Positions 28,767-38,117 of a DNA stretch of 62,261 bases are shown in pieces. Each line of letters starts with the position of its first letter. Within the stretch, counting starts at the first letter, position 1. The position numbers and the translations under genes are program-made. The notes beneath the pieces were generated by a model. That model was not told the DNA's origin, ran no database searches, and saw only the letters and a program-made list of their open reading frames with translations. Source of the DNA: an uncultured Bilophila sp. (GTDB lineage: Bacteria; Desulfobacterota; Desulfovibrionia; Desulfovibrionales; Desulfovibrionaceae); the NCBI GenBank assembly GCA_959604115.1, contig CAUHBW010000001.1, positions 1 through 62,261 on the forward strand, given 5' to 3'.

Positions 28767-30427
28767 GCGGATTCCTCCATTTTGATGATGGGTGCGTAAG
28801 AAACACGAATATCTTCCAGAGAATCTCCCTGGGTCAGCACTATATGCTTCAACCAATGGGCATCATCCTTGGCAGGGTAATCCGAGCGCATGTGCCACAA
28901 CCCCCACCGACTTTCCTTGCGCTCCCTGGAGGCCACGGCGCTCATGGCCGCGCACTGAATGATGTTTTCCACCTCGTAGGCCTTGAACAGATCATGCTGA
29001 TTCCTGATGCGGACCTCCGTGCGCAGTTCCTTGCGGAATCTGTCCATCCACCACAAGGCCCTGTCGAGCTTGTATTCGTTCTTGGGAGGCCGCACATAGT
29101 CGTTGATCAGGCGCCGGACCTTGTATTCAAACTCTTCAATGGGAACCTGCCCGCCGGTCTGGGCAAGCTTGGCATCGCGATCCCGGATGACCTCCAGAAT
29201 CTGTTCGTCGTCGATGATGGGTTCGGCTGCGGTGCGGGCGTATTCCGTGGCGTTTTCCGCCGCGATCTGCCCATAGGCGAACGCCCCGCTCAGGTGTCCC
29301 CGGGCCACCAGAGACACGTCTCCCGCCGCATACAGCCCCGGCACGGAGCTCTCGCCGCGCTCGTTGATCCGGATGCCCGTCAGGCCGTGCCCGCCGCACA
29401 AGTAGCAGTCCGTCGGCCACAGCTCGATTTCACCGGTACGGAAGTCCACGCCGCGTCCCTTAAAAAACCGTTCCTGTACTGGACGTTCCGTGGAGAAAAG
29501 CAGTTCCTCCACTTCGCGGATCTTCTCCTCGCTCAAATGGCGCATGTCTATTCGCATGGGACCACGCAGCGCCATATGCTCCGAGTGCATGAGATGGATG
29601 CCGGGATGATCTTCCTGAAATTCCTGCGCAAAGGCATTGAGCAGGTGCGCCCCGCGGGTCAGCGTGATGTACAGCAGAGGGGCGTTGATATCCTTGATGA
29701 TGTAGTAGACGAGAGTGTATTCGAACCCTGAAAGCTCGGCCCCGGCGCGGTAGGCCATGACATATCCGTCGCCCGTATTTCCGGGAAAATCGTATACGCC
29801 GTAGAGGTAGCCGTTTTCCGGCAGGCCGAACCGCGCCGTGCCGCCGGAACACAGGATCACGCTCTTGGCCTTGCAGACCACGATTTCCCCCGTGCGCACA
29901 TTGACCCCCACAGCACCGCAAACCCGGCCACCGTCCTTGAGCAGCCGCAGGGTCATTATTCTGTTGTAGACTTCCGCGCCGCATTCGTGGGCCTTGGCCG
30001 CCAAAATGGTCTTGAGCTCGGGTTCCTTCATGGTGATGCAGAATTTGCCCTTGCCGTGAATCTGCAGCTTGTCGTATTCGCCCTTCTCATCGACGGGAAA
30101 ACACACGCCCCAGTCGATGAGCTCCCGCATCACCGCCCAGGTCCGCTTGGCCATGACATAGTTGACGGGCTCATCCATGATGCCCTGACAGGCCTCGCCG
30201 TTGGTTTCGACATACAGTTCGGGCGTCTCTTCCGTACCGGGAATGGAGACAATGTTCATGGCGTCCATGCCGCGCGCGATGCAGCCGGAGTATTTCATGT
30301 CGCCCTTCTCGAACACGACCACCTTCTGCCGGGGATCCACCTGTCTGGCCCGGATGGCAGCCATGACGCCCGCGCTGCCGCCCCCGACAACCAACACATC
30401 CGCGCTAACGGTCATATGAGGCTTCAT
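28763..30427 (-). CDS. Flavoprotein of the fumarate reductase/APS reductase alpha family (AprA/AsfA-like)
   Basis: VVGGGSAG, SGCIARGMDAMN, TGDGY.MAYRAGAEL, CGGH..TG, GLYAAGD, RKESRWG..H.R.DYP. Confidence 0.88.
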   Translation of the reverse strand: MKPHMTVSADVLVVGGGSAGVMAAIRARQVDPRQKVVVFEKGDMKYSGCIARGMDAMNIVSIPGTEETPELYVETNGEACQGIMDEPVNYVMAKRTWAVMRELIDWGVCFPVDEKGEYDKLQIHGKGKFCITMKEPELKTILAAKAHECGAEVYNRIMTLRLLKDGGRVCGAVGVNVRTGEIVVCKAKSVILCSGGTARFGLPENGYLYGVYDFPGNTGDGYVMAYRAGAELSGFEYTLVYYIIKDINAPLLYITLTRGAHLLNAFAQEFQEDHPGIHLMHSEHMALRGPMRIDMRHLSEEKIREVEELLFSTERPVQERFFKGRGVDFRTGEIELWPTDCYLCGGHGLTGIRINERGESSVPGLYAAGDVSLVARGHLSGAFAYGQIAAENATEYARTAAEPIIDDEQILEVIRDRDAKLAQTGGQVPIEEFEYKVRRLINDYVRPPKNEYKLDRALWWMDRFRKELRTEVRIRNQHDLFKAYEVENIIQCAAMSAVASRERKESRWGLWHMRSDYPAKDDAHWLKHIVLTQGDSLEDIRVSYAPIIKMEESA

Positions 30428-30452
30428 TCTTCGTCTCCTCTGTTAAGGTATA

Positions 30453-30476
30453 CTGCTATGGTTATATAGAGCAGTT
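30453..30476. promoter_or_regulatory. Candidate GntR operator upstream of the flavoprotein operon
   Basis: ACTGCT-N12-AGCAGT; contains TAGAGCA, which is also repeated upstream of gntR. Confidence 0.5.
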
Positions 30477-30484
30477 GTTAGGGC

Positions 30485-30508
30485 AAAAAAAGGGGAACAT
30501 CCCCTTTT
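30485..30508 (-). terminator. Intrinsic terminator after gntR
   Basis: AAAAGGGGA-tgt-TCCCC-TTTTTTT on the - strand. Confidence 0.6.
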
Positions 30509-30514
30509 CCGAAC

Positions 30515-31297
30515 CTATTCCCGGAACGTATGAAGCCGGATCAAGCCAAAGGGACTCGTCCGAATCAAGCTCTTGCGGAATTCCACGATGGCATCGTCAT
30601 AGCTTGTCGAAACCATAAAGGAACTGATGACCGGCGAAGCCGGGGGCAAATCCATGATCTGCGACTCCCGCTCCGCAAGCGTTTCGATATCCAGAAGTTC
30701 ACGGCTGTTCAACACGGGGAGGCGGCAATATTTTTCGATCAAAAGATAGAGGGAAAAGTCTTCCAGCTCCCCGCTCATCGCTTTTTTCAGGGGTTCCCCG
30801 AAGGGAAGCGGGATATAGGAAATGCTCAGGGCCACCGGGCAATGCGTTTCTCCCCGCTCTCCCCTGAACAGGCGTTCGATGCGCAAAAACGAGGAGATAT
30901 CCTCGGAAACGGCGAACCGCTCATCCATCCCGGCCTCGCGCGGAACCTCCTCCATGGAAAGAAGCTCGACGCGCAACGAGACATCCTGTTCGGCGAGATT
31001 CCGGCGCAGCCGATAGTATTTGACGGCATTCTTGTCGATGATGCTCTTGGTGACGTAGGTGCCTTTTCCCTGAATACGGACAAGGTACCCCTGATGAACC
31101 ATATTTTCCAAAGCCTTGCGCACGGTCCCCACGCTGAAGCCGGTGGTCTGGGCAAACTGCCGCTCGGAAGGCAGCTGTTTTCCGGCCTGCCATTCCCCAT
31201 TGACGAGCTTGTCCATAATCGTCTGCTGGAGGCGGTAGTAAGCGGGCAACGCCTCGACATGCTTTTCAGAAAACTGGATATGTCTTGCTGTGTACAT
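30515..31297 (-). CDS. GntR-family (HutC/UTRA) regulator
   Basis: YY.LQ..I......W..G.QLPSER.FA...G.S.GTVRKAL..M...G...R.QGKGTYV plus UTRA-length C-terminus. Confidence 0.93.
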   Translation of the reverse strand: MYTARHIQFSEKHVEALPAYYRLQQTIMDKLVNGEWQAGKQLPSERQFAQTTGFSVGTVRKALENMVHQGYLVRIQGKGTYVTKSIIDKNAVKYYRLRRNLAEQDVSLRVELLSMEEVPREAGMDERFAVSEDISSFLRIERLFRGERGETHCPVALSISYIPLPFGEPLKKAMSGELEDFSLYLLIEKYCRLPVLNSRELLDIETLAERESQIMDLPPASPVISSFMVSTSYDDAIVEFRKSLIRTSPFGLIRLHTFRE

Positions 31298-31312
31298 TCA
31301 TTCATCCCTGTT

Positions 31313-31348
31313 TAGTGCTCTATAGCTCTAGTGCTCTAATGCTGTCAA
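31313..31348 (-). promoter_or_regulatory. gntR promoter overlapped by direct repeats (probable autoregulatory operator)
   Basis: TTGACA on the - strand at 31343-31348; TAGTGCTCTA at 31313-31322 and again at 31329-31338. Confidence 0.55.
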
Positions 31349-31579
31349 ACCCTTTCTCAAACCGTCAATACGCCGCGAACCTCCTCGCTATCCCCTCTTA
31401 ATCCGGTATGTTACGCTTGTTTTCCAGTGTGCCAAAGGGCTTTCAAAAAAGCGTACCTTCCCTGCGCAACCAGATTTTTCCTTATTTATGAAAATATGTT
31501 ACGCAATAGGCGGTTCCGAGAAAAATGAAGTCCCGCCCTCGCATTGAAGTCCGGTAAAGCCCGTTAAGGTCATAATCCC

Positions 31580-34500
31580 TTACCGCAGGGTGATCCCGTG
31601 CCGCTTGAGCTTGGTATACAGCGTCGAGCGCTTGATGTTGAGGCGTTCGGTCATTCCGTTTTCGCCGTACACCCGGCCCGAGGTCAGCCGGAAAACATGC
31701 TCCAGATAACGTCCTTCCAGTTCGTCGAGCGAGGGCACGTCCTCGACGGTGAACCGCTGCGGAAGCGAAGGTTCTTCGGGCGTCCGGTGGAACGGGGCCG
31801 CGCGGGGCACGCTCAGGGCGGGAAGCCGGTTCAAAATCACGGCGCGCTCGATCACGTTCTTGAGTTCCCGGATGTTGCCGGGCCAGTCGTAGGCGTACAA
31901 CATGGCGACGTCCTCGGGAAGCAACGGGAACGGATCCTGCTTGTACCGGCGGCAGAAGTGCTCCATGAAGTTCCGGACCAGCGGGATGATGTCCTGCCTG
32001 CGTTCGCGCAGCGGGGGCAGAGTGAGCGGCACCACGGAAATCCGGTAGAGCAGGTCTTCGCGGAAACGCCCTTTCCGCACTTCCCGCCACAGGTTCTTGT
32101 TGGTGGCGGTGATAAGCCGGAAGGAGGAATAGAGTTCGCGCGTGCCTCCCACGCGGATGAAACGCTGTTCCTGAAGAACCCGGAGAAGTTTCGTCTGGAT
32201 GGCGGGCGGGATGTCGCCGACTTCGTCGATGAAGAGGGTTCCCTCGTCGGCCATTTCGAACAGGCCGAGCTTCTGTCTGACGGCCCCGGTGAACGCGCCG
32301 CGCTCGTGGCCGAAACACTCGCTCTCGAACAGGTGTTCCGGCGTGCTCGCCGGGTGGATCGCGATGAACGGCCCACTCCGGCGGCTCATGAGGTGAATCT
32401 GCCGGGCCATGACCTCCTTTCCCACACCCGTTTCCCCGAGGATGAGCACCGGGGCGTCCGTCACGCTGATGTGGCGGACCTGCTCCAGCAGCTCGTGAAG
32501 CCCGGTCCCGAAAAGGGGCGTGGTGTTTCTGTCCTCCTGACAGACCACGGACTGGAAGCGTTCCTTCTGATGCCGGGATTCCTCGTCGCGCACCTTTTTC
32601 AGGCGCAGGGCCGAGCGCACTTCCGAGGCGAACAGGTAGGACAGGATGCGAAGTTCCGACTGCCGGAGATGGGCGAACGGACCGTCGGTAAAGGTGCTGT
32701 CCAGATAGAGGAGCCAGAGGTCGGACTCGCCCACCTCAAGGGGCAGGCACAAACCCCGCTCTCCCCGTCCCGGCGCGGATCGGCCCGCCGAGAAGCCGTC
32801 GAGCCATTCCAGACACGGGCGCATCTGCTCGCTTTTCAGCTCCATGTCGGAGAGATTGACCGCCGCGATGCAGACGAGCCGGTTGTCCTCGTCACGGCGG
32901 AACAAGGCTCCGCGTTCGGATTGCAGTTCCCGCTGGGCGATGGTCACCAGACGGTGCAGCGCGCCGGTGGGGCTGGTTTCGCTGGAAAGCGCGTTGAAGG
33001 CCCGGTGACAGCGTTCCACGCGGGAGCCTTCGACGGAATCGGCGTCGCGGGCGTCCGGAAACCGTTTTTCCGCGCTGCGGAGGGCAAGGCGGATGACCAG
33101 CCGGTCGTAGGGGACGTCCCGATCGATGCGAAAACCGACGGCGGCGTCCGCCCGTTGCCGCAGAGCCGCCGCCGAAACCACGTCCCCGAGGCGTTCGAGG
33201 ACGCCGGCCAGCACGCAGGCGGAAAGGGCCTCCTCGCGGCGGTCGCCCGTGTGGACGGCGCAGCTCAGGCTTTCACGCAGAAGCGCCTGCTCGCGTTCGG
33301 GGTTCCCTCCGCGATCCCGGAGCCGGAGCGCCTCGATGCGGAGGGCGGCTCCCCGGAGCTGGCGGTTGGTCCCGGCTCCCAGCCGTTCGAGGAGCGGTTC
33401 CAGCGGATAGCTGGGGATGGGCGGCAGCCCCTCACGCTCCAGCGCATAGAGCATGTCCAGATTGAGCGGGTCTTCAAAGGGCGCGGGCGCGGCCTCCGGC
33501 GGAAGGCCCGCCTGTCCCGTGAGCAGGGCATGGGCCGCGCGAAGACGTCCGCTCAGGTAGTGGTACAGGGCGATGCCCCGGACGGTGCTGGCGGCGATCT
33601 TGTCGTGCTGTCCGGGCCGGGCCGCCATGAACAGGCAGTCAAGGTTGAGCAGGGCGGCGTCCATGTCTCCGATGCGGAGCATGGCGAACCCCAGATGCAG
33701 CATCCAGAACATGGAGAGCGTACGATCCCCGGCGAGGGCCGCCGTGCGGCGGGAGGATTCGTTGATGCCGAGCGAGAGATGGTAGTGTTGCAGATAGAAG
33801 GCCGACTGACTGGCGCATGAGGCCAGCAACACGGCGAACCGGCGGTATTTCCAGCCGTAGGCGTCCTGCTTCTGTTCGTAGCAGGCGAGCACCTGCCGGT
33901 ATTCGCCGCGCACATAGTGCAGGATGCCCCGGAACAGCGGGAGGCAGTCCTGTCTCTCCTTGTCCGCTCTGTCAGGAAGTTCCCCGAGCCACTCGACGTA
34001 GCGGAACAGATCATGGGGGAGCGGTTCCTGGGAAAACACCGTCAGATAACAGCCGAAAATCGCGACCAGAGGCCGGAAGCGTTCGTTCCCGGCCTGCCGG
34101 GTCAGGGCATAGGCGATGGGCGAGAGCCGGATCGCCATCGATATCTGATCGTTCAGGAACAGGCACATGCTCTGCACGACGAGAACCAGCTCGGCGTACT
34201 GCGAGCTTTTTCGGGAGGCTTCGTCCGCATGGGCCTCACCCCAGTCCCGCAGGTAGCGGATGACGAATTCGAGACAGAGCAGGCTCTCGGGCGATTGCCG
34301 GTTCAGCTCCCCGTCCAGATACCGCACCACATATTCGCACTCCTCCAGCGATGCTCCGGGAAGGAGCGACCCCAGATAATGCGGCATCCGGCAGTCCGGG
34401 ATTTTGGTCCGCACCGTGTCCGCCATGCGTTCGAGCAGGGACGACGGAACCTCCCCGCCGCGCCATCCCGTTCTCGCGGGGACGGCGAGGCCGAGGCCCT

Positions 34501-34651
34501 GCAACACCCGCAGCAACAGCCGGACGTTTTCCTCGGGCTGGCCGGAAACGAGCGCCAGCCGGGACGCTTCGAGCGGGGTTGCCGAAAGGTGGAGGGAGAG
34601 CGCCAGAGTGGCGAAGAAGGGGTCCGAAGGGGATGCCGTATCGTAGGGCAT
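31580..34651 (-). CDS. Large sigma54-dependent activator (helical/TPR-like N-terminus, GAF-like, AAA+, HTH)
   Basis: GETGVGKE, ESECFGHERGAFTGA, LFIDEV, FREDLLYRI, WPGNIREL, RSTLY.KLKR; 1023 aa. Confidence 0.92.
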   Translation of the reverse strand: MPYDTASPSDPFFATLALSLHLSATPLEASRLALVSGQPEENVRLLLRVLQGLGLAVPARTGWRGGEVPSSLLERMADTVRTKIPDCRMPHYLGSLLPGASLEECEYVVRYLDGELNRQSPESLLCLEFVIRYLRDWGEAHADEASRKSSQYAELVLVVQSMCLFLNDQISMAIRLSPIAYALTRQAGNERFRPLVAIFGCYLTVFSQEPLPHDLFRYVEWLGELPDRADKERQDCLPLFRGILHYVRGEYRQVLACYEQKQDAYGWKYRRFAVLLASCASQSAFYLQHYHLSLGINESSRRTAALAGDRTLSMFWMLHLGFAMLRIGDMDAALLNLDCLFMAARPGQHDKIAASTVRGIALYHYLSGRLRAAHALLTGQAGLPPEAAPAPFEDPLNLDMLYALEREGLPPIPSYPLEPLLERLGAGTNRQLRGAALRIEALRLRDRGGNPEREQALLRESLSCAVHTGDRREEALSACVLAGVLERLGDVVSAAALRQRADAAVGFRIDRDVPYDRLVIRLALRSAEKRFPDARDADSVEGSRVERCHRAFNALSSETSPTGALHRLVTIAQRELQSERGALFRRDEDNRLVCIAAVNLSDMELKSEQMRPCLEWLDGFSAGRSAPGRGERGLCLPLEVGESDLWLLYLDSTFTDGPFAHLRQSELRILSYLFASEVRSALRLKKVRDEESRHQKERFQSVVCQEDRNTTPLFGTGLHELLEQVRHISVTDAPVLILGETGVGKEVMARQIHLMSRRSGPFIAIHPASTPEHLFESECFGHERGAFTGAVRQKLGLFEMADEGTLFIDEVGDIPPAIQTKLLRVLQEQRFIRVGGTRELYSSFRLITATNKNLWREVRKGRFREDLLYRISVVPLTLPPLRERRQDIIPLVRNFMEHFCRRYKQDPFPLLPEDVAMLYAYDWPGNIRELKNVIERAVILNRLPALSVPRAAPFHRTPEEPSLPQRFTVEDVPSLDELEGRYLEHVFRLTSGRVYGENGMTERLNIKRSTLYTKLKRHGITLR

Positions 34652-34662
34652 GGTGAACCTTA

Positions 34663-34720
34663 TTCCCGTTTTTTGGAAAAAATCCCGTTTTCAGGAATCA
34701 TCCGTTCCCGTATTTGGGAA
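34663..34720. promoter_or_regulatory. Three imperfect palindromes, candidate bEBP enhancer
   Basis: TTCCCGTTTTTTGGAA (34663), ATCCCGTTTTCAGGAA (34682), TTCCCGTATTTGGGAA (34705). Confidence 0.65.
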
Positions 34721-34791
34721 AACGATAGGCCACCGGAAACCTGTCTGTCAATATCATGCCGGTTTCGCGGATGATTTTGCAAAAATGATGT

Positions 34792-34807
34792 TGGCATCAT
34801 GCTTGCT
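34792..34807 (+). promoter_or_regulatory. Sigma54 (-24/-12) promoter
   Basis: TGGCAT-CATGC-TTGCT, divergent from a bEBP gene. Confidence 0.8.
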
Positions 34808-34961
34808 TTGTTCAGAACGACTTCCGAATCCGGCCCGGCGCGCCGCCGGGACCGTCTGCCTCCCCCTGTCATCGGCGCTTTCGCTCCTCGGCGGGCGAAG
34901 GATTTCGACAACCGGACACGTCCCGCAAGGGGAACCGTTTCCGCAACGCTCCGGGTGCAGT

Positions 34962-36356
34962 ATGGAAAAGTCGTTTCTCCCCTATCTGATGGCCTTCATG
35001 TGGATGTCGTTTCTCCTGCTCATGGGAGTCTGGCTACGCGCCAGGGTGCGTTTCCTGCAACGCTATCTCGTCCCCGCCGGAATCATCGCCGGTACGATCG
35101 GCTTCGCGCTGATCAACATGGGCTGGGTCGGCTACCCGTCGCCGGAAGGCTGGATCCCGCTCAAGGTCGGCGATTTCGGGCTGGTTTCCTTCCACCTGTT
35201 CAGCTTCGGGTTCGGGATCATCGGGCTCGGCTGCTTCAGCAGGCACACCAAGGGCCGGAGCCTGACCCTCATCAAGGGCGCGCTGTGGATCGACCTGCTG
35301 TTCTGGATGTTCTACGGGTTGCAGGCCACCGTGGGCTTCGGCATCACGGACCTGTACGCCAGGCTCACCGGCTCCGATCTCACCTCCGCCACAGGATTCC
35401 TCGCCGGGTTCGGGTTTGCCTTCGGCCCCGGTCAGGCGCTGGCCGTGGGCATGTCGTGGCAGAACGACTACGGGCTGCCCGACTGCGTGTCGATGGGGCT
35501 GGCCTACGCGGCGGCGGGATTCATGGTCGCCAATTTCGTGGGCGTGCCGCTCGCCAACTGGGGACTGCGTCGGGGCTACGCCACCTACGGCAGCAAGGAA
35601 CTCTCCCCCGACTTCCTGAAGGGCCTCCGTACGCCGGACAAGCAGGTTTCCGCCTGCCACCTGACGACCCACAACGGCAACGTGGACACCTTCGCGCTGC
35701 ATTTCGCCGTCGCCGCCACGGTGTACGGGCTCGGCTGGATCGTGTGCTACGTGCTCAAGTACCTCATCCTGCCCCCGAACTATCAGACGGCGTCCTTCGG
35801 GTTCATCTACCTGTACGCGCTGTTCGCGGGCATGATCGTGCGGCTGATCGTCAACCATACCGCCGCGCACGGGTTCTACAGCGACGACGTGCAGAACCGT
35901 ATCCTCGGCACCACCATCGACTACATGATCATCTCCGCGCTCATGGCGGTCAGCGCCGCCACTGTCATGAAGTATTTCATCCCGTTCCTCCTCGTCATCG
36001 CGGCCTGTACGCTGATCACCCTGTCCGGCGTGCTGTACCTGGGCCGCCGGGTGGGCTCCTTCGGGCTGGAGCGGTTGCTTGTGGTGTTCGGGCTGATCAC
36101 CGGGACGGCGGCCAGCGGGCTGGCCCTGCTGCGCATCGTGGACAGCGACTTTCAGACCCCGGCGGCGGCCGAGGTGGGCCTGAACAACGTGTACGCGCTC
36201 ATCCCGATGTTCCCGTTCCTGCTGGTGTCGGTGACCATGCCGGACGGTTTCGGCATCTCCGGCATGCTGATCATGCACGTAATCATGATCCTCGTATGCG
36301 CCGCCATTCTGCTCGCGGGCCACAAGATGAAGATTTGGGGACCGCGCCAGTTCTGA
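34962..36356 (+). CDS. GltS/ESS-family Na+:solute symporter
   Basis: FLQRYLVPAGIIAG, GFAFGPGQA, FGLITGTAASGLALLRIVD; about 12 TM segments. Confidence 0.85.
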   Translation: MEKSFLPYLMAFMWMSFLLLMGVWLRARVRFLQRYLVPAGIIAGTIGFALINMGWVGYPSPEGWIPLKVGDFGLVSFHLFSFGFGIIGLGCFSRHTKGRSLTLIKGALWIDLLFWMFYGLQATVGFGITDLYARLTGSDLTSATGFLAGFGFAFGPGQALAVGMSWQNDYGLPDCVSMGLAYAAAGFMVANFVGVPLANWGLRRGYATYGSKELSPDFLKGLRTPDKQVSACHLTTHNGNVDTFALHFAVAATVYGLGWIVCYVLKYLILPPNYQTASFGFIYLYALFAGMIVRLIVNHTAAHGFYSDDVQNRILGTTIDYMIISALMAVSAATVMKYFIPFLLVIAACTLITLSGVLYLGRRVGSFGLERLLVVFGLITGTAASGLALLRIVDSDFQTPAAAEVGLNNVYALIPMFPFLLVSVTMPDGFGISGMLIMHVIMILVCAAILLAGHKMKIWGPRQF

Positions 36357-36439
36357 CGCGGCGTCCTCCGCCCCGTTACCCCACTCCGGCCGGGCGGCCC
36401 TTCCCCCCGTCGCCGCCCGGCCTCTTACGGAAAAACGCC

Positions 36440-37216
36440 ATGTACGGAACCATGAAGGACAAACAAGCGCTCGTCATGGGCGCGGGCAAGGCAAGAGGCA
36501 TCGGTTTTCACATCGCGAAGGCGCTGGTCCGGCACGGCGCGTCCGTCTGCCTCGCGGACAGGGATGCGCAGGTGTTCGACCGGGCGCGGGAACTGGAGGC
36601 CGCCGGGGTCTTCACGGCGGACGTGCGCCGCGACGGGGAGGTGGCGCGCCTGCGGGACGGCGTCGCCGGGGTGTTTCCCCGGCTGGACGTGCTGGTTCTG
36701 TGCGCGGGCGTGTTCCCCGAACCCGCCAAGCTGACGGAGGCCTCCGTCGAAAGGTGGTTGCGCACGCAGGACATCAACGTGAACGGCTCCTTCCGGGTAC
36801 TGCGGGCCCTGCTGCCGCTCATGCGGGAACGCGGCGGGTCCGTGATCGCCGTGGCCTCGGGCGCGGGCAAGCGCCCGCTCCCCGGATTCAGCGACTATTC
36901 CGTGAGCAAGGCCGGGCTGATCATGCTCCTGAAGTCCGTGGCGGTGGAGTACGCCGCCGACGGCATCCGGGCCAACACCATCTGTCCCGGTCCGGTGGAG
37001 AGCGACATGGTGGACGCCCGGGTGGAGGGCGAATCCGCGCGGCTGGGCGTTCCCCCGGAAGACCTGCGCGCCGCCATCCGGAAGCGTATCCCCCTCGGGC
37101 GCATGGCCGGCGTGGACGACATCGTGTCGGCGGCGCTGTTCCTCGCCTCGGACGCTTCGTCCTACATGACGGGACAGGCGCTCAATCTGTCCGGCGGCAT
37201 GATCACGGAACTCTAG
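36440..37216 (+). CDS. Short-chain dehydrogenase/reductase
   Basis: MGAGKARGIG, LCAG, ASGAG, YSVSK, N.ICPG, FLAS...YMTGQ. Confidence 0.92.
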   Translation: MYGTMKDKQALVMGAGKARGIGFHIAKALVRHGASVCLADRDAQVFDRARELEAAGVFTADVRRDGEVARLRDGVAGVFPRLDVLVLCAGVFPEPAKLTEASVERWLRTQDINVNGSFRVLRALLPLMRERGGSVIAVASGAGKRPLPGFSDYSVSKAGLIMLLKSVAVEYAADGIRANTICPGPVESDMVDARVEGESARLGVPPEDLRAAIRKRIPLGRMAGVDDIVSAALFLASDASSYMTGQALNLSGGMITEL

Positions 37217-37236
37217 CCACTACAAGGAGAACGGGC

Positions 37237-38103
37237 ATGCTCGACGCACCCTTGATGCTGAAGAACAAGACGGCTCCGCGTCTTCGGGAGATTCCGGGCT
37301 TCGTCTTTCCCGACGGGGTCAGGGTCATCATCAACTTCACGGTCGATTTCGACGCGATGGTTTTCCGCAAGTTCCTGCGCGAACCCAAATTGTGGTGCGC
37401 GCAGGGCGAATTCGGAGGCCGCACCGGCCTGTGGCGGCTGCTCGACGTGTTCCGGGAATTCGAGGTGCCCGCGACGCTGTTCCTGCCGGGCCAGACCGGA
37501 CTGCTGTATCCCGAAGCGATCCGCCGGGCCGTCCGGGAAGGGCACGAGATCGCCAACCACATGTGGGATCACCACATCCCGGACACCCGCGAGGAGGAAG
37601 CCGAGCACCTCGCCAGAACGGACGGGCTCATCCGCGAATTCACGGGGCGGTATCCGGCGGGCACGCGCAGCGAGCACGATCTCGCCGCCCTCCGGGATCA
37701 CGCCTACGCCTACGTTTCCTACACCCCGCAGGGCGCGTTCCCGTGCTACGTGTACCACGAGAGCATCGGGCGCTGGATGCTCAACCTGCCGATCAGCTTC
37801 TTTCACGACGATGCGATGTACTTTTATTTCGGGTGGTACGGGAGCCGGAACGAACAGCAGCGCGTCCAGTCCCCGGAGGCGTTCCTCGACGCGCTCCTCG
37901 CCTCCTACGCGGTAGCCCGTGAGACGAGCGGGTACATGAACATCGTGATCCACCCGCACCTGTGCGGCCGGGTTTCCCGCCTCGAGATGCTGCGGCGTTT
38001 CTTCCGCGCGACGCGGCGGGACGGCGACGTGCTGTTCTGCACCTCCGCGTGGCTGGCGGACTACATTCTGGAACGTTTCCCCGCCGAACCGGTTTCGGCC
38101 TGA
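37237..38103 (+). CDS. Polysaccharide deacetylase (CE4) fold hydrolase, PuuE/HP0310-like, with intact metal motifs
   Basis: FTVDFD, GEFGGRTGLWRLL, HEIANH.WDH, GTRS, IHPHLCGR. Confidence 0.87.
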   Translation: MLDAPLMLKNKTAPRLREIPGFVFPDGVRVIINFTVDFDAMVFRKFLREPKLWCAQGEFGGRTGLWRLLDVFREFEVPATLFLPGQTGLLYPEAIRRAVREGHEIANHMWDHHIPDTREEEAEHLARTDGLIREFTGRYPAGTRSEHDLAALRDHAYAYVSYTPQGAFPCYVYHESIGRWMLNLPISFFHDDAMYFYFGWYGSRNEQQRVQSPEAFLDALLASYAVARETSGYMNIVIHPHLCGRVSRLEMLRRFFRATRRDGDVLFCTSAWLADYILERFPAEPVSA

Positions 38104-38117
38104 TCCCGGAGGATACC

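Noticed and set aside
28763..30427. Calling the flavoprotein aprA, frdA or sdhA
   Set aside because: No membrane anchor, sat or qmo neighbours; motifs diverge; the partner is an atypical fusion protein.
10010..31500. Integrative element or prophage inserted at tRNA-Leu or tRNA-Ser
   Set aside because: No integrase, phage or conjugation genes and no duplicated tRNA 3' end were found in the window.
34799..37216. 805-aa ORF overlapping the symporter
   Set aside because: Off-frame shadow; the real SDR starts at about 36440.
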